IMG/VR virus record: IMGVR_UViG_3300032213_003338
Span: 1-64,000 of that record
DNA from: a virus
Direction: 5' to 3' (one strand)
Length of the DNA: 64,000 bases
In this document: piece after piece, positions 19,316-28,011 of the stretch
How positions within the stretch are numbered: position 1 is the stretch's first letter
How the letters are laid out: each line of letters starts with the position of its first letter
Translations under genes and position numbers: made by a program
The notes under the pieces: generated by a model
Told to the model about the DNA's origin: nothing
The model's database searches: none
The model's input: the letters and a program-made list of their open reading frames with translations, nothing else

Positions 19316-20146
19316 ATGGACACGTATCGTTTATTTGTGGCTGCTATTAATAAACAGGTAGAGGTTTTAGGTCTAGACGACCAGCCTAAAAAAACTGATA
19401 CTGCATCATGTCCAGAAATATCAATTGCAAAAACAATAGAAGATCTAGTTTTTGGCGTTCGAGCTTGTTTTACTGCAGGTGGTGGCGTTATAAGCTCCGC
19501 TATTGTCGTTGGAATGATCGTTACTAAACTGGGTGAGCTTGCAATAGGAATGATAAGATCTGGATCAGTATCAAACTGGAAAGATTTTTTTAGTATGCTG
19601 TGTTCTTTTTTAGAAACAATAATAAAAACACTTCGTGATATTGGTGTGATGTCTCAATTTTTGGCAAACCCAGCGCTAGTCCAAATCCTAATTGGTCAAA
19701 TTCTTGGAAAGCTAGGTTTTATTCTTGGTGAGACTTTCTATGGTATAAACCGTTCGGTTTTTGAAAGCCAAAACTTTAATAATTTTCTACGAGACCTTTT
19801 TGTTGGTGGACCAAACAACATTTCTGCTTTTTGCAGAACGGTAGCCCAAATGACAGAGGAGGAGGTTGGTGAATTAATTAATACCATTATGGCGAATTTT
19901 GAATCTTTTTCAGCTGCTCTAAATTCTGTTTACAGTGTTCTGTCTCGCGGATTGTCCCAAATTGATTTGCGACCTGCTTTGGTGCTAGCAATAGTTGCTG
20001 CTCTTGGAATAACTATTGCGAGCGGGGGAACTAGCACACCGATAACAGCGCCAGCGCTTGCGGTATTGGTTGCTGTTTTTATAATGTTAGGTATGGAGCC
20101 TCCTTCAGAAGAAGAGCTTTCGGGGTACGGAATAACAATTGGATAA
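19316..20146 (+). CDS. Helical hydrophobic/membrane protein with shared leader
   Basis: AAINKQVEVLG leader; C-terminal hydrophobic helix pair; late motif at 19302-19307. Confidence 0.7.
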   Translation: MDTYRLFVAAINKQVEVLGLDDQPKKTDTASCPEISIAKTIEDLVFGVRACFTAGGGVISSAIVVGMIVTKLGELAIGMIRSGSVSNWKDFFSMLCSFLETIIKTLRDIGVMSQFLANPALVQILIGQILGKLGFILGETFYGINRSVFESQNFNNFLRDLFVGGPNNISAFCRTVAQMTEEEVGELINTIMANFESFSAALNSVYSVLSRGLSQIDLRPALVLAIVAALGITIASGGTSTPITAPALAVLVAVFIMLGMEPPSEEELSGYGITIG

Positions 20147-20211
20147 AAAATGAAAAAAGAACTTAATTACAGACAGAACGGCTCTGTTTAAGGGCTTGTG
20201 TATTTACAAAT

Positions 20212-20883
20212 ATGGAAAACTTTTCACAAGGTGCAGAGTGGACAACTAGGTATAAAAATGATCTCCCTGACAGCGCTTTTCTTTATATTGAGGCTGGTGG
20301 CAAAAGGGACTCCGAGGGAAAAATCAAGCCTCGTTCGCTGCGACACTTTCCGTACAAGGACGCGGACGGCAAAGTTGACCGCGCGCACATTCTTAATGCG
20401 ATTGCACGAATCCCACAGGCTAAATTTCTGTCTCAGGCTCAAAAGGACAGACTGCAAGCACGGGCAAGGAGAATATATCTTAAGTTTGTAAAGTACAACA
20501 GCAAAAAAGCAAACTCGTTTGTTGATATTTTAAATAAACTTTCTGCGGCTGTTGGTGGTCCTAAAATAGCAATGGAAAAAATGGAGAAAATGGCACAGCG
20601 AATAGATCCAGTGGCTCAAGAAGTTTATGATATCGTCGTGCGTTTGTACTCCAATAACGAGTGTGTTATGAAAGCACTTGGCGATCTTAATATTTGGAGC
20701 AGTCGTAGGCGTGGAGACTGGAAGCCAGATTTTCTACGTTATTTAAATAATGAGGTAGAAGAAATCCGAAGACAAAATCCAATTTATAGTGCGGATGTAG
20801 TTAGCGCAATTTTAATGTCTCGGGCACACCAATGGATTGAGGGTTATGCGCCAGAATGCTTTCGTAATACTGTATTAGCATAA
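20212..20883 (+). CDS. Phage head-associated protein (LPDSAF..RHFPYKD..H..NAIAR domain)
   Basis: N-terminal small domain that I recognise from phage head-morphogenesis proteins; late motif at 20198-20203. Confidence 0.6.
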   Translation: MENFSQGAEWTTRYKNDLPDSAFLYIEAGGKRDSEGKIKPRSLRHFPYKDADGKVDRAHILNAIARIPQAKFLSQAQKDRLQARARRIYLKFVKYNSKKANSFVDILNKLSAAVGGPKIAMEKMEKMAQRIDPVAQEVYDIVVRLYSNNECVMKALGDLNIWSSRRRGDWKPDFLRYLNNEVEEIRRQNPIYSADVVSAILMSRAHQWIEGYAPECFRNTVLA

Positions 20884-20899
20884 AAACCTATAATAATGG

Positions 20900-21433
20900 G
20901 TGGAAACCTGGAAAGCATTAGCCCGTAATCCCAACTACGAAGTCAGCACCGAAGGTCGCGTCCGTGAAAAGGCGCGGCCTGTTTTTAACCGTGGCAGAAT
21001 TCACTCAAAGCCCCCTAGAACTATTGAACCTTTTATCGACACAGAAGGCTACGCTTTTGTTGTTTTGAGAAAACCAATGGGTACAGGAGCGGAAAAGATA
21101 TTTGTTCACAGACTGGTTATGGAGGTTTACCAGGGAGAGTGTCCAGACGGAATGACTGTTGACCACATTGACAGAGTACGAACACACAACGCTCTGGCTA
21201 ATTTACGGTACGCAACAAAGGCCGAGCAGACAGAAAACAGAGATTTAAGCAGAATATCGGGGGAAAACTCGCGTTTCAGCAAATTAACGCAGTCAGATGT
21301 TGATGAGGCAAGAAAAATGATTGGTCTTGGTTTTGACGACGGCGTTATTGCTGGTCGTTTTGGTGTAAGTTCTGCGACAATAAAAAATATAAGAAACGGG
21401 AAAAGCTGGAAAAATGCAAATACAAATAATTGA
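20900..21433 (+). CDS. NUMOD4/HNH homing endonuclease
   Basis: ETWKAL..YEVSTEGRVR, VHRLVM, VDHIDRVRTHNALANLR, C-terminal HTH. Confidence 0.9.
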   Translation: METWKALARNPNYEVSTEGRVREKARPVFNRGRIHSKPPRTIEPFIDTEGYAFVVLRKPMGTGAEKIFVHRLVMEVYQGECPDGMTVDHIDRVRTHNALANLRYATKAEQTENRDLSRISGENSRFSKLTQSDVDEARKMIGLGFDDGVIAGRFGVSSATIKNIRNGKSWKNANTNN

Positions 21434-22784
21434 TGAGTTCAAATATTTGATCAAACCTCTCTCAAAAGAACAAAGGGATTCTCTTCGGGATAACATAAAA
21501 AAATATGGGATACGAGAGCCTTTGGTTGTGTGGAAGGAAAAAAATATACTTATCGATGGTCATAACAGATTTGATATTTGCAATGAGCTTGGAATAGAAC
21601 CACAGATAACATTTTATTCGTTTGCAAATGAAGACGAAGCTAAGATGTTCATTATTGAAAATCAAGTAATACGAAGAAATCTTCAGCCATACGAAAAAAT
21701 AGAGGTATACCTAAAAATAAAAGACGTTTTAAATAAAATTGGATCTGATGCAAAAGCAAAAAAAGGAAAACAAAAAAAACACAACACCCTTTTAATCTTG
21801 GCTGAAAAAACCGGATACTCGCACGACACTGTGCACAAGGCGCTGTATATTGCGGCTAATGCTGATGAGGATAGCAAAAACTTACTAAGAGATGGAAAAG
21901 CCACAATAAATCAAATATATTCAAGACTGCGAGACAAAACCCGTGGAGGGTTAGCATCTAAATTTATAGTTCCACCATTCAGCATTATAGACACCACGTC
22001 AGATGAGTGGAGGCTTCGAAAGATTTTTTGGAAAGACTCTATAGGAAATTTAAGTGAGACAAGAAACGCCGAATGGGGGAAAATAAGTGGATCAAGTTCA
22101 TCGTCAAATCTGCTTGGTGTGATAAACGAAGGAACTAGCAACTTTGATCCCGTACTTGTTGAAATTATGCTTAAATGGTATTGTCCAGAAGGCGGATCAG
22201 TTGTTGACCCATTTGGTGGAGAGCAAGCAAAGGGATTTGTGTGTGGAACGCTTGGATATTCGTATCACGGAGTTGAAATACGGCCAGAGCAAGTAGAATT
22301 TAATCGCAAAATAGTGTCAGATGCAGGATTAAAAAACGTTAATTACTACACTGGAAACTCAAAAGACATAAAAACCCTTATTTCCTCTAAAAGTTTTGAT
22401 ATGTGCATTACATCACCTCCGTATTATAACTTGGAGGTGTACTCATCAGACGACTTAAGTTCCGTGGTGTCGTATGAGCAATTTTTAGAAGATTATTCTG
22501 TAATATTAAAGGAAACAACCGCTTTAATAAAAACGGGAGGATTTTTTGTGATAAAAGTAGGAGAGATACGAAAAGACACTGGTGAGTACTACGGATTTGT
22601 TGGAGACACAATCAGAATTCTTAGTGTGTGCGGTCTATCATTCTATAACGATCTTATTTTAAGAAATAGTGTTGGTACGGCAGCAATGCGCGCTTCTAAT
22701 AATATGAAAACAAAAAAGGTTGTACGCATACACCAAAACGTTCTTGTTTTTTACAAAGGCAATCCAGAAAATTTAAAGAGCTAA
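21414..22784 (+). CDS. ParB-like domain fused to N4/N6 DNA methyltransferase
   Basis: LIDGHNR (ParB), VVDPFGG (SAM binding), TSPPY (catalytic motif). Confidence 0.85.
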   Translation: MQIQIIDEFKYLIKPLSKEQRDSLRDNIKKYGIREPLVVWKEKNILIDGHNRFDICNELGIEPQITFYSFANEDEAKMFIIENQVIRRNLQPYEKIEVYLKIKDVLNKIGSDAKAKKGKQKKHNTLLILAEKTGYSHDTVHKALYIAANADEDSKNLLRDGKATINQIYSRLRDKTRGGLASKFIVPPFSIIDTTSDEWRLRKIFWKDSIGNLSETRNAEWGKISGSSSSSNLLGVINEGTSNFDPVLVEIMLKWYCPEGGSVVDPFGGEQAKGFVCGTLGYSYHGVEIRPEQVEFNRKIVSDAGLKNVNYYTGNSKDIKTLISSKSFDMCITSPPYYNLEVYSSDDLSSVVSYEQFLEDYSVILKETTALIKTGGFFVIKVGEIRKDTGEYYGFVGDTIRILSVCGLSFYNDLILRNSVGTAAMRASNNMKTKKVVRIHQNVLVFYKGNPENLKS

Positions 22785-22787
22785 TAA

Positions 22788-23282
22788 GTGAAAATAGGGG
22801 GCAATACAATGCTGGAAATAAAGCGACTGCGTGCTGAGTTTTTAGCGCAGTACTGTGTTCACAGCGGATTTACTGGTATTGCGTGCCTGACGTGTGGCAC
22901 AACTGGTATCGCCCTGATACACGCGTGTCAAAAACATGATTTAGAGTGTAGGGTTTTTTCAAATCCAAAGCGCTGGTGGTCTAATGAGGAGTTTATTAAG
23001 CACAACGGGACCCAATTTTTTGACGCAACATCTGGGCATATACAGCTTTTACTAATGTGCAAACTAGGGCTGATTTACAGGGGGCTTTTGGGAGATATTG
23101 ATGATAGTAGTATCACTGTGCCAAGCGGTAGCGGTGAAACTGCTTTGAGTTTAAAGTTTGCGTATCCTGATAAAATCATTATTGCAGAGTACGGAAACAC
23201 AAAAGAAACCAAAAAAGAACCGTATGCGCCACTAAACGAAATTGTGCGCGCGCTTTGTGTTGTCCGTGTATCAGACATCTGA
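22788..23282 (+). CDS. Minimal TrpB/PLP-fold-like protein
   Basis: ACLTCGTTGIAL and VPSGSGETALSL resemble fold-type II PLP enzyme loops; weak. Confidence 0.4.
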   Translation: MKIGGNTMLEIKRLRAEFLAQYCVHSGFTGIACLTCGTTGIALIHACQKHDLECRVFSNPKRWWSNEEFIKHNGTQFFDATSGHIQLLLMCKLGLIYRGLLGDIDDSSITVPSGSGETALSLKFAYPDKIIIAEYGNTKETKKEPYAPLNEIVRALCVVRVSDI

Positions 23283-23414
23283 TAAACGCTAAAGTGCTTA
23301 TATTGATTTTTGGTGATGTGGTATTGGGTGCACCCCCCCGACCGACCGCGCACCTATGAGTGGCTCCGGCGAGTGCCGGACAATCACCCCCCCCCTCCAC
23401 TAGGAGTACTGACC

Positions 23415-23891
23415 GTGACGACCAAGAACCTGACCGCGAACCCGACCGTGACCGCCTCCCCCGCCCTCGTGCTCGCCCGCGCCTCCTCCACCTCCGTGAT
23501 CACCGAGTGGGACGTGGCGAAGGTGATCGCGGCTCCCGCGAAGTTCTGCAAGGACCTCCTCCACGCCATGCGGACGTGGAAGGCGAACCGCGAGATGCCT
23601 GAGCAGACGATGCGCGACATGCGGAAGGCGGGAGGCCTCTACGGGAGGAACCCGAACGGCGAGACCAAGAAGGCATGGACGCTCGCGAACGCGAAGGTTG
23701 CCCGTGCGACCGCCCAGTACGCGACCGCCGTTGACCTCCTCTCGAGCATCCCGAACCTGAGCGGGATCACGATCGGAAAGATCTCCGACGTGACCACGGA
23801 GCGCGAGCTGACCGCTCGTGACCTCCTGGATGGGCTGACCCTCCCGCCCTCGCAGAGCGAGATCGCGAAGTGGCTCGCTGACGCCGCCTGA
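23415..23891 (+). CDS. First GC-rich early protein (hypothetical)
   Basis: AGGAG RBS, GTG start at 23415, very high GC3. Confidence 0.75.
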   Translation: MTTKNLTANPTVTASPALVLARASSTSVITEWDVAKVIAAPAKFCKDLLHAMRTWKANREMPEQTMRDMRKAGGLYGRNPNGETKKAWTLANAKVARATAQYATAVDLLSSIPNLSGITIGKISDVTTERELTARDLLDGLTLPPSQSEIAKWLADAA

Positions 23892-23899
23892 CCCCGACC

Positions 23900-25115
23900 G
23901 TGCCGAGGGGGGAAACCCCCTCGAGCACGATTTACATAGAACGCGCGAGTCGTAGGAACCCCCTCCGCGAGTGCGCGAGCGAGAGCGACCGGTGAAAGAC
24001 CCGGAGCGCGACGCTCGTGGCTCGGGCAGAAGCGGACCCGGCTCGGGACCCGACCCCCGGAACACGGGGACACGAAGCTCGGGAGTGCGCGAACCCCTGA
24101 TGATCACGACCGGGAACGGTGCGCTAGGGCGCGCCGAGCCGACCCGACCGAGACGCGCAAGCGTAGCGGTCCCCATAACGGAGGCCGGTTGTCGTGGTTA
24201 GTTCGCTGCCGTGAGCGTGTAATGCGCGCACGGAGCGGGACGGACGGCCTGTGGAGGCCGTACCCTGCAGGGCAAGTAGTAGGATCACGGACGATCCTGC
24301 GAAGTACAGTACCCGTATGATACAGCGAGTAGCGCTAGGCCATGCTCGCCAACGGTCGAAGGGTACGATAGGCTAGTTCCACCGACAGATACCGTAGGGC
24401 GGCTGTCGCGTGCTCCCCGGCTAGGCCGGCAGGTGCGCGGCGGTCCTACTGTGGTGATACGTGGGTGCGTTTGGCGTTGCGTTGCGACGTGATGCGGAGC
24501 GTGCCAGGCGGTCTGATATCTATGCAGCGGCTGCGAAGTTTCCTAACGGATTCGCTACGGCTGGAAGGACTGCAACTTCTGATAAGTAGCCAGCAAGGAT
24601 ATGCCACAGTTGATGATGCCCACGACCTAGATCCAATAGCGGGTAACTCCGCTAGGCGGTCAGCCTTCGGGCTGACGACAATAGGTGCGCTATGTTCGGT
24701 AGCCAACGGCTACGGGGTTGCATACGCGCGACAGACGCACCTGGGAGTCGATCATGCGGGGTTGCTTAGCGACCAGCCACGCATGACACGGCGGTATCTG
24801 TAGGCTACACAGTAGTGGGGTAAGCGGACGATTCTACTGCAGTAGCCGAGTCACAGTCACCAGTAACCCGCAGCCGCACGCATGGCTGCAGATGGGCGGG
24901 GCTAGCGTGCTATCACGCCCCGTTTCCCTACCCCAGCACGGCGGAAACGCTGTGCTGTGGGTTTCCCGGATCTACCGGCAAGACCCTGGCGGTCAAACAT
25001 CCGCTATGGGCACACAGTCTCACCCAGCCTTGACTGGCTGCGGTGGGCATTCACTTATGGACCGCAGCGTGCGGTTTCAAAGTCCTCATGTTACTTGCAC
25101 TCGTAAGGTGCAGAA
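23900..25115 (+). ncRNA. Candidate large structured non-coding RNA (about 1.2 kb); boundaries approximate
   Basis: No credible ORF. Many helices with GNRA and C(UUCG)G loops, a loop-E motif and a long-range helix 24385-24394/24792-24801. Confidence 0.7.
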
Positions 25116-25130
25116 AGGTAGGATCTTGGT

Positions 25131-25589
25131 ATGAAGATCAGCAATCAGACGACGTTCACTTGGGTGAATGGTTGGAGCCTGACGATTGTTCCGTCTTGGA
25201 ACTGCGTGAAGATCAGTGTGATGGGGCCTCGCCAGGTGTTCTATAGGGTGTCGGAGGATCGGACGTACGTGCAGCCATCCGCTGATGAGGCGTTCGATTA
25301 CCTGAGCACCAAGGGTCTGGCTGAGGTGATGGTGCTGATCGGGCGCATGCCATCGCGTGTTACGGTCGAGCCGTTCGCGGTGGAGGAGCCGAAGAAGGAG
25401 AGCCTGGATGGTGTGCCGATGCCGTCGTCTGTGCGACTGAGGGCCAAGGCGACCATCGTGGATAACATGTGCCGGGTGTGTGGAGGGGAGACCAAGCAAG
25501 TGGGGGAGGTGCGCACCTGTGATGACTGTGGTCACGGGGCTGAGGGCGTGGCTTACGACCCCAACGAATTCAACAGCATGCAGTCCTAA
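25131..25589 (+). CDS. Hypothetical protein with C-terminal Zn ribbon
   Basis: CRVCGG..CDDCGH. Confidence 0.7.
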   Translation: MKISNQTTFTWVNGWSLTIVPSWNCVKISVMGPRQVFYRVSEDRTYVQPSADEAFDYLSTKGLAEVMVLIGRMPSRVTVEPFAVEEPKKESLDGVPMPSSVRLRAKATIVDNMCRVCGGETKQVGEVRTCDDCGHGAEGVAYDPNEFNSMQS

Positions 25590-25610
25590 AGTCCTGAAAG
25601 GAGGACTCAC

Positions 25611-26021
25611 ATGAACCAGAAATGGCAGTTCCGAGGTCACTACCGCACCAACGAGTGGAGCGGCGGCTTGACCATGAACCGGTTCCCGAAGCCCAAGACC
25701 CCGGGGCGCACACTCATGCGCTCTGCATCCAAGGGCTTCCAGGTGGACCAGCAGGGTGGGAATCGCATCCCGAAGGTGGGGCTGGAGCGTAGGGCAATCG
25801 CGCTCGGTCACACAGTGGTGCGACCCACTGAACCGCTACCGCTTCCTGGTCGTCTACCCAGAGAAGTGAAGGCTCGCAATCGCCACGTGAAGCTGCGCGA
25901 CGCTGCGCAGCAGTGGCGTCCGCTTCCCTCTCGTAGGGTGGATGCGGCAGCACGCAGGGCAAGCGCTGCTCTGGTGCATGACTTCAAGGCGGCACTCGCC
26001 GCAAGAGGAGGTGTCCTGTGA
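25611..26021 (+). CDS. Hypothetical basic protein
   Basis: AGGAGG RBS; Arg rich. Confidence 0.65.
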   Translation: MNQKWQFRGHYRTNEWSGGLTMNRFPKPKTPGRTLMRSASKGFQVDQQGGNRIPKVGLERRAIALGHTVVRPTEPLPLPGRLPREVKARNRHVKLRDAAQQWRPLPSRRVDAAARRASAALVHDFKAALAARGGVL

Positions 26022-26536
26022 GACTCGTCGTTGATACGGAGACGAACGCAATCGACTGGGTGTCGTGGAACGCTGGAGACACGTCGTCGCTGCGCACCGT
26101 TCACTGCGTGTGTGCGTTGGACGTGGACACTGGTCGGGAGTTCCGCTTCCGCCAGTCGGAAGTGCGGAGCGGGATCAACTTCATCGCGCTCAACGCGCAG
26201 GAGATCATCGGGTTCAACGTGGAGTTCGACCGGAGGGTGATGTGCACCCACAACAAGATCGTGCTGCCGTCGTGGGTGACGCTGAACGACACGCGGCGAA
26301 ACGCAAAGTCCGCATTCCCCAATGGGTACAACGAGTACAGACTCCCGCGGGAATTGTGGGGGCGACACAGTCTAGAGGCGTGGGGACTGCGCCTCGGGAT
26401 GGACAAGGGGGACTTTGGTAAGTCCACTGACTGGTCGCAATGGTCGCAGGAGATGGAGGACTACTGCATGCGTGATGTTCACGTGACTGCAGCACTGTTC
26501 CACTTCTTGCAGAACCACCGCATCTGCAATGCCTAA
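26018..26536 (+). CDS. Stand-alone 3'-5' exonuclease (T7 DNA polymerase exo-like, DEDDy)
   Basis: VDTET, GFNVEFD, HSLEAWGLRLG, YCMRDV; no polymerase domain follows. Confidence 0.85.
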   Translation: MRLVVDTETNAIDWVSWNAGDTSSLRTVHCVCALDVDTGREFRFRQSEVRSGINFIALNAQEIIGFNVEFDRRVMCTHNKIVLPSWVTLNDTRRNAKSAFPNGYNEYRLPRELWGRHSLEAWGLRLGMDKGDFGKSTDWSQWSQEMEDYCMRDVHVTAALFHFLQNHRICNA

Positions 26537-26626
26537 ACCATACCTCTCATGGCTTAATTGCTGTGAGAGGATTTTCTAGTGGTAAGTATGCCACTAGTGT
26601 TCACACTCCAGAATAGGAGAGTTACT

Positions 26627-26980
26627 ATGCGTCAGAAGAAGACCCCGGTTCACTTCCTGTGCTGCAACGCGGCGCTCACGTCCCTGGCGATGATGTCGAT
26701 CCAGGTGGACCAGTTGGCGTTCCAGGGGGCGTTGATGACCAACGCCAACGAGTCGAGCAACGAGCCGTGCAAGATGCGCAACGCGATCGTGGCGCTCTCG
26801 GAGTCGCTCGGCGGGAGCCACATCGACTTCGAGGACGTCGTGAACAAGTGGGACGCGATCAAGGAGTTGTACTACTCCGGCATCTCGCCCGACAGCGACG
26901 GTGAGCCGCTCACCATGGACCTCTGCATCGGCGCCACGGAGGAGGCGATGCAGGCGCTCCTGACGTTCATGGACCGCTAA
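26627..26980 (+). CDS. Hypothetical protein
   Basis: AGGAG RBS, high GC3. Confidence 0.7.
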   Translation: MRQKKTPVHFLCCNAALTSLAMMSIQVDQLAFQGALMTNANESSNEPCKMRNAIVALSESLGGSHIDFEDVVNKWDAIKELYYSGISPDSDGEPLTMDLCIGATEEAMQALLTFMDR

Positions 26981-26988
26981 ACTCCTCA

Positions 26989-27062
26989 ACCCCAGTAGCT
27001 CAAACGGATAGAGCAGCTGCCTTCTAAGCAGCAGGTTACAGGTTCGAGTCCTGTCTGGGGTG
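26989..27062 (+). tRNA. tRNA-Arg(TCT)
   Basis: Acceptor ACCCCAG/CTGGGGT; anticodon arm GCTGC-CTTCTAA-GCAGC; T loop TTCGAGT. Confidence 0.95.
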
Positions 27063-27123
27063 TTCACCCATGGTATGTACGCCATGGGTTTTCTACTCTT
27101 TTGCCAATGGCAAAGGATCTGTT

Positions 27124-27357
27124 ATGGTCAAGCGTTTCTTCTCGTCCATCGGCCGTCTCGCAACCATGGTGTTCATCCTGTGTGTCACTGTCTATGGTGC
27201 GGCTCAGCCGTTTGTTGATCTTCCTCACAAGGCGCTGATCAATGAATGGCTCGTGATCGGGTTCTCTGTGCTGATCATCTGGAACATCCGTGATTTTGCG
27301 CATGATCTTGGCTTCTGGTGCAACGAGGTCAAGAAGTCCTACCGCGGACAGGAGTGA
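27124..27357 (+). CDS. Small membrane protein
   Basis: Two hydrophobic segments. Confidence 0.6.
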   Translation: MVKRFFSSIGRLATMVFILCVTVYGAAQPFVDLPHKALINEWLVIGFSVLIIWNIRDFAHDLGFWCNEVKKSYRGQE

Positions 27358-27522
27358 CCATGTCAGACATTGACAAGCTCATCCATCGGGCTGTTCGCAG
27401 CCTGATGCGACGTAAGAACATCAGTTTCGCGGAAGCCTGTCGTATCGTGTATACGAGGGTGGACGTGCTTCAGTCCTGCGAAAAGGCTTCGGCCCTGTGA
27501 CAGTTCGCTGTCTCTAGCTCAA

Positions 27523-27558
27523 TGGCTCGTATCGGAGAAATCCGGTACGGGCTTTTTC
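27523..27558 (+). terminator. Intrinsic terminator
   Basis: GGCTCGTATCGG-AGAAAT-CCGGTACGGGCT followed by TTTT. Confidence 0.65.
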
Positions 27559-27603
27559 TATTGGCATGGTGCTAATAGATCTTTCTAGAAAGGAAGGTTT
27601 GGT

Positions 27604-28011
27604 ATGAACAAGGAATTGAGTGAGCGGGTTGACAAGGCCTACGGGTCCATCAGCAACATTCAGGCCAGGGCTTGCGCTGATCACGGTCCTGGGGTGGCCA
27701 TGGTTCGGGGTGCGTTCGGTGAGTACCTGATTCTGAGCGACCTGAAGGAGCTGATCAGTGAACTCGTGAAGGAGAACAACAAGATGGTGATGCGAGAACT
27801 GGAGTTGTCCCGTTCAGTGATTGATCTCGAGGGCAAGGTCGCGTCGCTAGAACGTGTGGAGCGCCACTCCGAGTTCGTCATGGCCAGCATCATTCGGGAA
27901 CGCGATGAGGTGCGTGACACGCTGGCAAACATTGTGGTTCTGTCCGAGGATATGCAGCGGCGTTTGTCGAGGAACAGCCGAGACCGGGCATCAGAAAGGA
28001 ACATCCGATGA
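27604..28011 (+). CDS. Coiled-coil hypothetical protein
   Basis: 135 aa; contains ERDEVR. Confidence 0.65.
   Translation: MNKELSERVDKAYGSISNIQARACADHGPGVAMVRGAFGEYLILSDLKELISELVKENNKMVMRELELSRSVIDLEGKVASLERVERHSEFVMASIIRERDEVRDTLANIVVLSEDMQRRLSRNSRDRASERNIR

Noticed and set aside
23971-25115. Group II intron reading (GTGCG at 23971 and 24085)
   Set aside because: No recognisable domain V/VI, no RT/maturase ORF and no interrupted gene.
23900-25115. tmRNA or RNase P RNA identity for the large RNA
   Set aside because: No tRNA-like TTCGA..CCA end and no GAGGAAAGTCC-type P4 signature seen.
23400-25134. Overlapping ORFs in the GC-rich stretch (23400-24176 minus, 23639-24073 minus, 23971-24201, 24465-24803, 24892-25134)
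   Set aside because: They give Arg/Gly/Pro/Ser-rich shadow translations with no RBS or codon bias, as expected from stop-codon scarcity at high GC.
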